From Bdellovibrionales bacterium (GTDB lineage Bacteria > Bdellovibrionota > Bdellovibrionia > Bdellovibrionales > DASUEL01): a stretch of DNA of 64,000 nt. The DNA lies in assembly GCA_050250255.1 (NCBI GenBank), contig JBFWOZ010000006.1:20226-84225 (forward strand), in the 5' to 3' direction. Position numbers and translations under genes: made by a program. Numbering within the stretch: position 1 is the first letter of the stretch; every line of letters begins with the position of its first letter. Shown here in pieces: positions 19,054 through 27,179 of this stretch. Below the pieces are notes generated by a model. It ran no database searches. It worked only from the letters and a program-made list of their open reading frames with translations, and had not been told where the DNA came from.

Positions 19054-21296
19054 ATGTCTAGGCTGGTTCTCAGTTTATGAAGTGAGTTTCCAAATTTTCC
19101 AATAAATCGATTACGCTGACGGATTCTCGAAGCGTCCATAAGCATCCGGCCAGCCCATCGATAAACATTGAACTCCTGAATGAGCCCACGCATATTGCGC
19201 ATTCGGTCTTTCTGTTCTCCTTCTGGCATTTCCAAAGCCATTTTTACTGCGGCTGCGGATTGGTCTATGTCATAGGGGTTGATGATGAGCGCCTCAGGCA
19301 GCTCTCTTGATGCTCCAGCAAATTGACTTAAAATCAAAACGCCTCGCTCATCATCCCTAGCAGCAACAAACTCTTTAGCGACCAAATTCATTCCGTCATG
19401 AAGGCTGCTCACAAAACAGAAGTCTGCTGCTCGAAAATATTTGTATACTTGGTCTGGTTCATGGTGCTCGATTTTGAGACAAATAGGGTCAATCCCATTT
19501 TTTGAAAATCTTAAATTTATTTTTCTTGCTAATGCCCTTACCTGAGCATCGAACTGCTGATATTGTTCGATTGTAGACCTGCTCGGTGCTGCGATCTGAA
19601 TAAAACTGAATTTTCCGACCCACTCCGGCTCTAATTCAAGAAAACGTTCAATGGCACAAAATCTTTCGATAATTCCTTTTGTATAATCGAGTCGATCAAC
19701 CCCTACTCCAATCTTAATATCGGGGGAAAACCCATTCAACTTGCGCACTTCGGTTCGACAATCTCTTGCTGGCGCTAAATCTTTCATCCAACGTGACGGC
19801 CATTCAATTGATATTGGATAATGTTTTACTGCTGTGAGTTTTCCGCCATAGGAAATCGTTAAGGTTTCCTGGTCGATTCGACACTCTATAAATCTATCTA
19901 CGGTATCAATAAAGTTATTGCAGTGAAACCTTGTGTGAAATCCTAAGATACTGCTGCCCAGTAGGCCATCTAGTATTTCGTTTCTCCAGGGGCATATCCC
20001 AAATGCTTCGGGATTGGGCCAAGGAATGTGCCAGAATGAAATGATTGTTGCATTAGGGAGCTCCTTACGAATCATTCTTGGTAGGAGAGCCAAGTGGTAG
20101 TCTTGAACCAGAATAACTGGATCTTGCGTTTTAGCTTCTTCAACGACTGCTTGTGCGAATTTTTTGTTTGCAGCCACATATTGCTTCCAGTCCTCTCCAC
20201 GAAATATCGGGCGTGTGTGAGCAATATGACATAAGGGCCAAAGACCCTCGTTTGCAAAGCCGTAATAGTAACCCTGCTCTTCTTCTTTGGTGAGCCAAAC
20301 TCTTCGTATTTGATAGGAAGGATTATCTGGTGGAACCTGAACGTGATCTTTTTTGTCAACCACTTCGCGGTCGGCCGTTCCACTGCCATGAGCAATCCAG
20401 GTCCCAGAACAAGCTCTCATAACCGGCTCTAATGCAGTTACAAGACCGCTCGCTGGAAGCTGTACCTCAATTTTTCCGTCATGATGATTGTGGATATAAG
20501 GCTCTCTATTAGAAACTATGAGAATTTCATCACCCTCAAAGTCGCCATGTAGAATTTCCTTTAATGCCTGTGGACTCCATGTAATTTGATTTTCGTCTCG
20601 GGCTTTACGATCAGCTTCGAGATCACGCACTAAAGCACGAAGATCTTTTGCAATAGGTCGAAGCTCGGGCCTCATTAATCTCAAGGCGGGCTTTAGCAAA
20701 CCTTCTCCGCGAATGATGGAGCGAATACCTGAGACCCATCCCTTCCAACTCAGCTGAGCAACAATTACGGTAATCACGGAAATAACCACACCGAGAATCG
20801 CAAAGAGCAAAAAAACATACCATTTCGTATCTGAACTTCTTTTCTGTACAAAACTCATGTCGTGAATGAGAACAAGGTGGCCCAAGCTTTTCGACTCCTC
20901 TTGAATCGGCTGAAATGCTATGTGCAAAAGACCTTGCGGATGATTTACGGTCGAACTTGTTTTTTTTCCCAGCTCTGAAGCCTCAGTGCATTTAATTTCA
21001 GAAGGAAAAGTCTTAGTTTTATAAATTAATTTTTTTGAAGGATCACAAAATCCCAAAGCATAAAGCCTCTCGTCTTGAACCATTCGATTAAAAAGTTTTT
21101 CTACCTTGGGTGTTGAGTTTTGAGAAATGTACGACGACAATGTGTCTTGCACAGAGCTTGCGACAAGCTGCGCACGAATCTCAAGATCTCGAGAGAACCA
21201 TTTTAGAGTAAGCGCATCCACGAGTGGCACCAGGGCGTAAGCTACGAGCCCAAGAACTAAAATCAATGGAAAAATAAATCGAAGAGACAGCCGCAT
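19050..21296 (-). CDS. otsA: Trehalose-6-phosphate synthase (GT20) with a roughly 256-aa N-terminal two-TM sensor-like extension
   Basis: GT20 core: ILIVSNREPY...ASGLVTALEP...GFANEGLWPLCH...VQDYHLALLPRMIRKE...FWHIPWP...LGFHT. I moved the start to ATG 21296 (MRLSLRFIFPLILVLGLV). This removes the overlap with the divergent GH15 gene. Confidence 0.9.
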   Translation of the reverse strand: MRLSLRFIFPLILVLGLVAYALVPLVDALTLKWFSRDLEIRAQLVASSVQDTLSSYISQNSTPKVEKLFNRMVQDERLYALGFCDPSKKLIYKTKTFPSEIKCTEASELGKKTSSTVNHPQGLLHIAFQPIQEESKSLGHLVLIHDMSFVQKRSSDTKWYVFLLFAILGVVISVITVIVAQLSWKGWVSGIRSIIRGEGLLKPALRLMRPELRPIAKDLRALVRDLEADRKARDENQITWSPQALKEILHGDFEGDEILIVSNREPYIHNHHDGKIEVQLPASGLVTALEPVMRACSGTWIAHGSGTADREVVDKKDHVQVPPDNPSYQIRRVWLTKEEEQGYYYGFANEGLWPLCHIAHTRPIFRGEDWKQYVAANKKFAQAVVEEAKTQDPVILVQDYHLALLPRMIRKELPNATIISFWHIPWPNPEAFGICPWRNEILDGLLGSSILGFHTRFHCNNFIDTVDRFIECRIDQETLTISYGGKLTAVKHYPISIEWPSRWMKDLAPARDCRTEVRKLNGFSPDIKIGVGVDRLDYTKGIIERFCAIERFLELEPEWVGKFSFIQIAAPSRSTIEQYQQFDAQVRALARKINLRFSKNGIDPICLKIEHHEPDQVYKYFRAADFCFVSSLHDGMNLVAKEFVAARDDERGVLILSQFAGASRELPEALIINPYDIDQSAAAVKMALEMPEGEQKDRMRNMRGLIQEFNVYRWAGRMLMDASRIRQRNRFIGKFGNSLHKLRTSLDI

Positions 21297-21320
21297 GTCT
21301 GGACAATAAACATACTTTAC

Positions 21321-21332
21321 TTTGATATCAAA
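21321..21332. promoter_or_regulatory. 12-bp perfect palindrome TTTGATATCAAA in the 54-nt otsA/GH15 divergent intergenic region. It is a candidate operator.
   Basis: Read directly at 21321..21332. A half-site-like tgatattttgat follows at 21341..21352. Confidence 0.35.
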
Positions 21333-21350
21333 TGAAAATATGATATTTTG

Positions 21351-23126
21351 ATGTACCCATATGGACTTATCGGAAACTGCCAAGCCTCCGCCTTAATTAG
21401 CGATCAGGGATCCATCGATTGGCTTTGTTTGCCACGCCCTGACAGCCCGCCCGTTTTTGGGAAAATCCTAGATCCGGAGGGTGGTCAATTTTCAATACGA
21501 CCTGTTGGAAACTTTAAAAGTCATCAGTACTACATACCAAATACGAACGTGCTAGTAACTCATTTCAACTGCGAAGACGGTAGTGAATTCCAAATCACTG
21601 ACTTTTGCCCCAGATTTGATCAATACGGACGGAAATTTCGTCCAATGGCGCTATTCAGAATTGTAGAGCCTCTTAAGGGTACGCCCCAAATAACAGTTTC
21701 GTGTGCGCCTGTGAATGGCTGGGAAAAAAAACAAGTAAAACCAATTTTTGGAAATAGTCATTTGAAGTTTCCAATTCGAGGAGATTATTTTCGTGTCATT
21801 ACAAGTATGCCACTCACGTACTTCGCTGGCGAAATCCAATGTTCCGTTAACGAGAAAATATATTTCGGACTGACCTGGAGTACGGGGCTGGAAGAAGATT
21901 TGGCTGTAATTGCAAATAGATTTTTAGACTCTACAATCGATTATTGGCGATCTTGGGTAAAACATTGCTCAATACCAGCCCTCTTTCAAAAGGAAACAAT
22001 TCGGTCGGCACTTGCACTTAAACTACACTGCTACGAGGACACTGGGGCAATTCTTGCCGCTTTAACAAGTAGTTTGCCAGAGGAAATTGGTAGCTTTCGC
22101 AACTGGGATTACCGATTTTGCTGGCTACGTGACGCCGCTTTCGTACTTTCTGCATTTCACAACCTCGGTCATTTTGAAGAGATGGAGGGTTTTCTCAAGT
22201 TTCTTCTCGACATAGGACATAAACATGAAAACTCCAAAGAGCGCTTAAGCCCAGTTTACGCTCTTGATCAGACGCTTCCAGTTCCCGAGATCTTACATAC
22301 TAACTGGAAAGGTTTTAATGGTTCTGGACCGGTGAGGAGCAACAACCAGGCGGCAGAACATACCCAGAATGATGTTTACGGTGAATTAATTTTAACTTTA
22401 GCCCCCATTTTTTTCGATGAGCGCTTTCAGCACCTAAGGACGAAAGAGCATCAAGAGCTGGTGCAGAATCTTTTTGATTTGTGTAAGCGGACTATTAACC
22501 AACCCGATGCGGGACTTTGGGAGCACAGAGATGGATGGAAGGTTCATACGTTTTCCAACCTCATGAGTTGGGCAGGTATCGAACGAGTTTCACGCCTAAG
22601 AGCCATGGGATTTTTACAGGACTTAAATGTGGACGAAGTGTTGTCTGCTGAGTTGAAAGCAAAAGCTTCTGTGTTATCCGCCTCCAAGGATGGAATAATT
22701 CGCAATGGCCCCAAGGACGACAGTATGGATGCGGCCCTTCTTCTCCTTCCGATTTTAAGATTCCCTGATGCAGACTTGTGCAAATCTACGGTTTTAGAAA
22801 TCGCAAAACTATTACGACTCGATGACTCTCCGCAGGGACAAAGTTTTTTATTTCGATACATTCGAAAAGATGACTGGGGTGCCCCACGCTCTGCATTTAC
22901 GATTTGTTCGTTCTGGTTAGTACAAGCTCTCTTGAAGGTGGGTGAAGTTGAGCGAGCAAGAGACGTAATGAAAAACGCGATGGGTGCCGCAAACAATCTT
23001 GGGCTGTTCGCAGAACACTTCATTCCCGGAGGCATCCAGCTGGGAAATTACCCACAAGCCTACTCACATGTTGGGCTTATAAACGCTGCTTTCAATATTA
23101 GTCCCAGCTGGGGTGAGATCCTTTAG
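21351..23126 (+). CDS. GH15 glycoside hydrolase (glucoamylase/trehalase-like)
   Basis: N-terminus YGLIGNCQASALISDQGSIDWLCLPRPDSPPVFGKILD is the typical GH15 N-domain signature. Also WDYRFCWLRDAAF. The start is ATG 21351 or TTG 21348. Confidence 0.9.
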   Translation: MYPYGLIGNCQASALISDQGSIDWLCLPRPDSPPVFGKILDPEGGQFSIRPVGNFKSHQYYIPNTNVLVTHFNCEDGSEFQITDFCPRFDQYGRKFRPMALFRIVEPLKGTPQITVSCAPVNGWEKKQVKPIFGNSHLKFPIRGDYFRVITSMPLTYFAGEIQCSVNEKIYFGLTWSTGLEEDLAVIANRFLDSTIDYWRSWVKHCSIPALFQKETIRSALALKLHCYEDTGAILAALTSSLPEEIGSFRNWDYRFCWLRDAAFVLSAFHNLGHFEEMEGFLKFLLDIGHKHENSKERLSPVYALDQTLPVPEILHTNWKGFNGSGPVRSNNQAAEHTQNDVYGELILTLAPIFFDERFQHLRTKEHQELVQNLFDLCKRTINQPDAGLWEHRDGWKVHTFSNLMSWAGIERVSRLRAMGFLQDLNVDEVLSAELKAKASVLSASKDGIIRNGPKDDSMDAALLLLPILRFPDADLCKSTVLEIAKLLRLDDSPQGQSFLFRYIRKDDWGAPRSAFTICSFWLVQALLKVGEVERARDVMKNAMGAANNLGLFAEHFIPGGIQLGNYPQAYSHVGLINAAFNISPSWGEIL

Positions 23127-24061
23127 GCAGCCGATGCAGACGGAGCACTTTTTTGCCTCTTGGCAATTTTTAAAATAAAGCGCGTATTCGAAGATGAGCT
23201 GTCATAGGAAAGAAGTCCTCCATGATTTTCAGCGATTTTTTTTGATATACTGAGCCCTATTCCAGTCCCCTTTCCTATTTCTTTCGTTGTAAAAAAGGGT
23301 TGAAAGAGTTTTTTTACAACTTCATCGGGAATTTTATTCCCGCAGTCTGTAACTGAAAACTCCACATAATTATCCGATTCGGCCACTTTCAACTCGATCC
23401 ATTTATTATCAAATTTTTGAACGGCGTCTAAAGAGTTATTCAATAGATTCAGAAGTGCTTGGCACACCTCAACTTCACGACATTCCGCCTTCATGTTTGG
23501 CTCAAGGTCAATGATTCTCAGGGTGACATTATGTTGTTTAAATTTCTCAGAACAAAAAATAAGTACGTCTTCTATAATTTTTTTAATCGGTACTTCTAAA
23601 AAGGAGTCTTTACTTCCATCTCTAGAAAAGTCCCTCAAACTCTTTATTATCTTTGCTACTCTCCAGGCACTCGCTTCGATTTGCTTGAGCGCATCAACAA
23701 GTGTCTCTTCACTTAAACTGTTATCCTCCCTTTGCTCTATCAATTGACTGGCGAGAATGCTTATTAAACCGATTGGATTATTGATCTCATGAGCAATGCC
23801 CCCTGCCATTTCACCTAAAGTCGCAAATTTTGCCGAATGCGCAGTTTTAGCTTTTTCTAGGTCCAACGCCTGCCAGCGCTCTTGCATTTCCTTTGAGGAA
23901 ATATTCAAGGCTCTTTCTAGAAGATATCTCTCCTGGTCACAGTCCAAATAAACCTTATTAACCCGCTCCAAAAAATCCTGCCACTTACTTATTTCCGCAG
24001 GCAAACTGCCTTGCTCAAGAGACAGAAGTTTAAGTTGTCGTGCCAATAATTTATGGATCAC
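23123..24061 (-). CDS. Soluble histidine kinase (coiled-coil + HisKA + HATPase_c), paralogous to 8605..9774
   Basis: H-box: GEMAGGIAHEINNPIG. N/G boxes: LLNLLNNSLDA and FFTTKEIGKGTGIGLSIS. The GTG start overlaps the stop of the upstream FIST gene (GTGA at 24058..24061). Confidence 0.9.
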   Translation of the reverse strand: MIHKLLARQLKLLSLEQGSLPAEISKWQDFLERVNKVYLDCDQERYLLERALNISSKEMQERWQALDLEKAKTAHSAKFATLGEMAGGIAHEINNPIGLISILASQLIEQREDNSLSEETLVDALKQIEASAWRVAKIIKSLRDFSRDGSKDSFLEVPIKKIIEDVLIFCSEKFKQHNVTLRIIDLEPNMKAECREVEVCQALLNLLNNSLDAVQKFDNKWIELKVAESDNYVEFSVTDCGNKIPDEVVKKLFQPFFTTKEIGKGTGIGLSISKKIAENHGGLLSYDSSSSNTRFILKIAKRQKSAPSASAA

Positions 24062-25206
24062 GCAGCCTCTTCCTCACTTATTGTTGTGAGAGTCATTGTT
24101 TGATTGTGCAGCTCACAAGATTGTCCTTTAACAAAAGGTGAAATTTCACCATAAGAATAAAATCCCACTTGTTGTGTGCCTGCAGGAAGCCTTTCAAGTG
24201 TGGCTTCGACCTCCTCGTCAATTCGCTCTCCCAACACAAGTCTTCGCCCAACACAACTGATGGCTATTGCCAACCGTGGCTCTTTCTCGCCCCCCTTATC
24301 TAACAATTCTGCTGCAGTAGAAGCTCCTTCAATAAGCCGTTCAAAATTTGCTCTCATAAGCTGTGCTAGCGATCCTTGTGGGATATTCCCCGCAAAAGTC
24401 ATTGTCTGCTTTAATTCGTCAACCGCCAAAATAGTTCTTACAATACGCTTGTTATCGTTTTCATTGAGACGAATCTGCAAAGGAAAAAGCAATGCAGCCG
24501 CAGGAAGACCTTTCGCTTCGTCTCCTAAATATTCTTTATAGAGGCTAAGAGCGGGCTTGCCATCAAGTTCATACAAGACGTTGGCTTCAGATTTAGTCAC
24601 GATTCTTTCTGGACCAAAAATATCCCAACCACCTTGAGAACTATGACCTAATTTAATTTTATTTCCATAAAAGCCAACTGCAGAAATATGACCTGAGACG
24701 GGTAGACCATTGTTCAAAGTCCATGTTTCTTTAAAGTCACTTCCGTCACCCGCAAGGCCGCCAGTAACGATAACTTTTGGGGAGAGATTTTCACTCAACC
24801 CTCTAACTAAATCACTGCCATTAATTTTTAAACCGTCTGATAAAACAAAAACGCCAGATAGTTCCGGTGTATTCAATTTCTCAGCGAGTTTTTTTCCAGC
24901 ATCAAACGACTGTGACATTTCACCTATGTGCATTGTAGCCATTTTAACTTTCGTATGAGAGAACTGAGCAATCGCAACTGATAGGCTGTGATCATAAACG
25001 TGGTTATTAAATATTTCTCCTGCCCCCGAGCAGCCAATTAAAAGAGACCTCGGGAATTTTTGTTTCAGATCCTCAAAAATCGTTTTATCATTTCTACAGT
25101 CAGGAGCGCCAAAGACAAATATGACCGTTGATGGGGAATCAAGACTGGTGTCGAAATTGTTTTTGTGCCCGTCTTTTGGAACATATCTATACGTTTTTAG
25201 TTTCAT
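24058..25206 (-). CDS. FIST-domain (FIST_N + FIST_C) sensory protein
   Basis: FIST-like blocks: LIGCSGAGEI, GVFVLSDGLKINGSDLVRGL, VTGGLAGDG, LAIAISCVGRRLVLG and VGFYSYGEISP. Confidence 0.85.
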   Translation of the reverse strand: MKLKTYRYVPKDGHKNNFDTSLDSPSTVIFVFGAPDCRNDKTIFEDLKQKFPRSLLIGCSGAGEIFNNHVYDHSLSVAIAQFSHTKVKMATMHIGEMSQSFDAGKKLAEKLNTPELSGVFVLSDGLKINGSDLVRGLSENLSPKVIVTGGLAGDGSDFKETWTLNNGLPVSGHISAVGFYGNKIKLGHSSQGGWDIFGPERIVTKSEANVLYELDGKPALSLYKEYLGDEAKGLPAAALLFPLQIRLNENDNKRIVRTILAVDELKQTMTFAGNIPQGSLAQLMRANFERLIEGASTAAELLDKGGEKEPRLAIAISCVGRRLVLGERIDEEVEATLERLPAGTQQVGFYSYGEISPFVKGQSCELHNQTMTLTTISEEEAA

Positions 25207-25521
25207 ACTTCCCCTCGATCTGTTGGCGATATGCCGTCGTTAATTATTTTTAAAATATTTTCTATAACCGATTGTACGCATGATCTTTCTCGTGACAATT
25301 TTCAAAATCGATAGATTTTTCCGTACTTTGCATAGGTACTGGTCGGCAAAAAATGAGGCCGCCTCAATAGGTTTAGCTGTTTATAGCCTTATCAAATTGA
25401 GGACATTGTTTGTGCTTTATGAAAAGCAAGACTTTGGTCTTAAGATAACTGTTTGATGCGAAAGTTTCGTCTCATCCTCATACGGCAGAGCCTTAAAGCC
25501 CTGCCGTAACGAGACGGTCAT

Positions 25522-25881
25522 TTACTTCCCTGTAAAATTAGCAGCAACAAAATCACCATTTGGCTTTAAAAAGATGAAAAGTTTTTTTCCTTTTTCGCCC
25601 TTTTCATTATTAAACGTGACGAGCCACTCTGTCTTTTTGCCAGTTCCCTTTTTTTCGGCTTTATCAAAAGTAGCGTCCACCCATGAGCCATCTATCTTGC
25701 CGATTTTAACCAGTCTCTTGACATGCAAAGCTCCAGCCTCTTGCGCAGACTGCTCGGTTAAAGCGGGTGCATCGTGAGTGTGCGTCTTGCCATCTTCGTG
25801 AGCATGTCCATGGGAGTGTCCTGGGCCTGCAAAGCTTACGGAACTATAAACAGTGAGTGCTAATATTAATAACGATTTCAT
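25522..25881 (-). CDS. Secreted His-rich protein (DUF6488-like), probable periplasmic metal-binding partner of HupE
   Basis: I chose the start at 25881 because AAGGAGA lies 5 nt upstream. The signal peptide MKSLLILALTVYSSVSFA is followed by GPGHSHGHAHEDGKTHTHD. The C-terminus reads LFIFLKPNGDFVAANFTGK. Confidence 0.7.
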   Translation of the reverse strand: MKSLLILALTVYSSVSFAGPGHSHGHAHEDGKTHTHDAPALTEQSAQEAGALHVKRLVKIGKIDGSWVDATFDKAEKKGTGKKTEWLVTFNNEKGEKGKKLFIFLKPNGDFVAANFTGK

Positions 25882-25891
25882 AAATTCTCCT

Positions 25892-26668
25892 TTATAAATT
25901 GTCATGTTGAGGGACATTGGTTTCTGGTTCATCGATACTTAGATGGTGATGGATATGGTTGTCTTCACTAAAGCCAAATTCGTCGGGATGAGAAGTGTGC
26001 AAATATCCATGCAGCTGCATGAGTAACAACATAAACCCCGCAAGAATCAGCGCATCGTTAGCCACCTTGGCAAATCTCATAAACCCTTGGGTTTTGCGAA
26101 TTCCTGAGAGCAAGAGAAGCATGACTGTGAGAGCGACGATCTGCCCAAGCTCGACGCCTATGTTGAAGGAGATGATTCTCATGAGCATTTCTCCGCCCTT
26201 TTCACCGAGTGGCAACTGCTGCAGTCGTGTAGAGAGTCCAAAGCCGTGAATGAGTCCAAAGGTAAAAACCATAAACAAAAGGTTGGGGGCGGATTTCATA
26301 CCAAAATAATTCTGAAACCCTTTGTTGTTATCAAAACCCTTGTAACAAACACTGATCGCTATCACCGCGTCGATAAGCCAGTAGTTGGCGGTGATTCCCA
26401 TAAACGTTGCAAAGATGAGCGTAATACTATGACCAAGCGTAAATACGCTAATAAACCTAATAATATCTTTAACGTTCGTCAGAAAGAAAATCACACCGAA
26501 CAAAAAGAGCAAATGATCGTAGCCCGTAATCATGTGCTCAGCACCAAGCATGACGTATTGGAGGTAACCCCCTTCAATCATTGCTTTTTTAGCTTCTTCA
26601 CTTAATCCGTGAGCAAGCGAGTTGTTGGCATACAAAAACGCAAACAAGCTCAATACAAATTTAAACAT
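25892..26668 (-). CDS. HupE/UreJ-family membrane protein (Ni/Co-type metal transporter family)
   Basis: A signal peptide is followed by GAEHMITGYDHLLFLFGVIFFL and multiple TM helices. The C-terminal tail is His-rich (HTSHPDEFGFSEDNHIHHH). Confidence 0.8.
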   Translation of the reverse strand: MFKFVLSLFAFLYANNSLAHGLSEEAKKAMIEGGYLQYVMLGAEHMITGYDHLLFLFGVIFFLTNVKDIIRFISVFTLGHSITLIFATFMGITANYWLIDAVIAISVCYKGFDNNKGFQNYFGMKSAPNLLFMVFTFGLIHGFGLSTRLQQLPLGEKGGEMLMRIISFNIGVELGQIVALTVMLLLLSGIRKTQGFMRFAKVANDALILAGFMLLLMQLHGYLHTSHPDEFGFSEDNHIHHHLSIDEPETNVPQHDNL

Positions 26669-26708
26669 ATATTCTCCCGTTTTATAATTTAGTTTTGATA
26701 AATGAAAA

Positions 26709-27086
26709 CTAAACTATGGGAGGACGAAAAATCCCGAATGTGTGGGGATTGGATATTAGTTTGTGTTCTGCAAAACCAACAGAGGGGTCACACTCTGGAA
26801 AACTCATCGTGCAAACCGTAGGTAGATACATACCGGTAGTAGAAGTTTGAAATGCTTTTGAGTGCTCATGGTGATGTTCGTGTTCTGCTCCATCTGCGCT
26901 ATGCTTATGAACATGTGCGTGAGCTTCATTGGTATCGTCAATGTTCTCGTGATGAATTAGAGTGTAGTCTGAAAATTCATCGAGATGTTCTTGAATGTTA
27001 TTCATATCGACCACGGCAACGGCCGGAAGCCATCCCGTGAGGAAAACCAATAAAACGCGAAATAATTTTCTCGAAAGCTGCGCCAC
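26709..27086 (-). CDS. Secreted His-rich hypothetical protein
   Basis: GTG start and a hydrophobic N-terminus. His cluster: EAHAHVHKHSADGAEHEHHHEH. Confidence 0.6.
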   Translation of the reverse strand: MAQLSRKLFRVLLVFLTGWLPAVAVVDMNNIQEHLDEFSDYTLIHHENIDDTNEAHAHVHKHSADGAEHEHHHEHSKAFQTSTTGMYLPTVCTMSFPECDPSVGFAEHKLISNPHTFGIFRPPIV

Positions 27087-27091
27087 TCTCT

Positions 27092-27108
27092 AACTCTAAA
27101 GTAGAGTT
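27092..27108. promoter_or_regulatory. 7-3-7 palindrome AACTCTA-AAG-TAGAGTT immediately upstream of the His-rich/HupE operon start codon
   Basis: Read directly. It lies 6-22 nt upstream of the GTG at 27086. It could act as an operator or as an RBS-occluding hairpin. Confidence 0.3.
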
Positions 27109-27179
27109 TTCAGTTGATAAAGGTATTTGATTTTATGATTCTTTGCGCAAGTAGTAACCTATCGATTTCCTACTTCAGT

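Noticed and set aside
21297-21383. 29-codon N-terminal extension of the otsA ORF (MAVSDKSIWVHQNIIFSFDIKVKYVYCPD).
   Set aside because: It would overlap the divergent GH15 start and consume the whole promoter region. The internal ATG at 21296 begins a typical TM helix.
22544-23035. 163-aa minus-strand ORF inside the GH15 gene.
   Set aside because: It is antisense to a well-supported conserved CDS, has a low-complexity Ser/Arg-rich translation, and shows no RBS or family resemblance.
25460-25521. Nested inverted repeats (CGTCTC...ACGGCAG-N12-CTGCCGT...GAGACG) just downstream of the His-rich operon.
   Set aside because: This is probably the operon's terminator-like hairpin, but it lacks a U-tract on the minus strand. 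That is not enough for a confident call.
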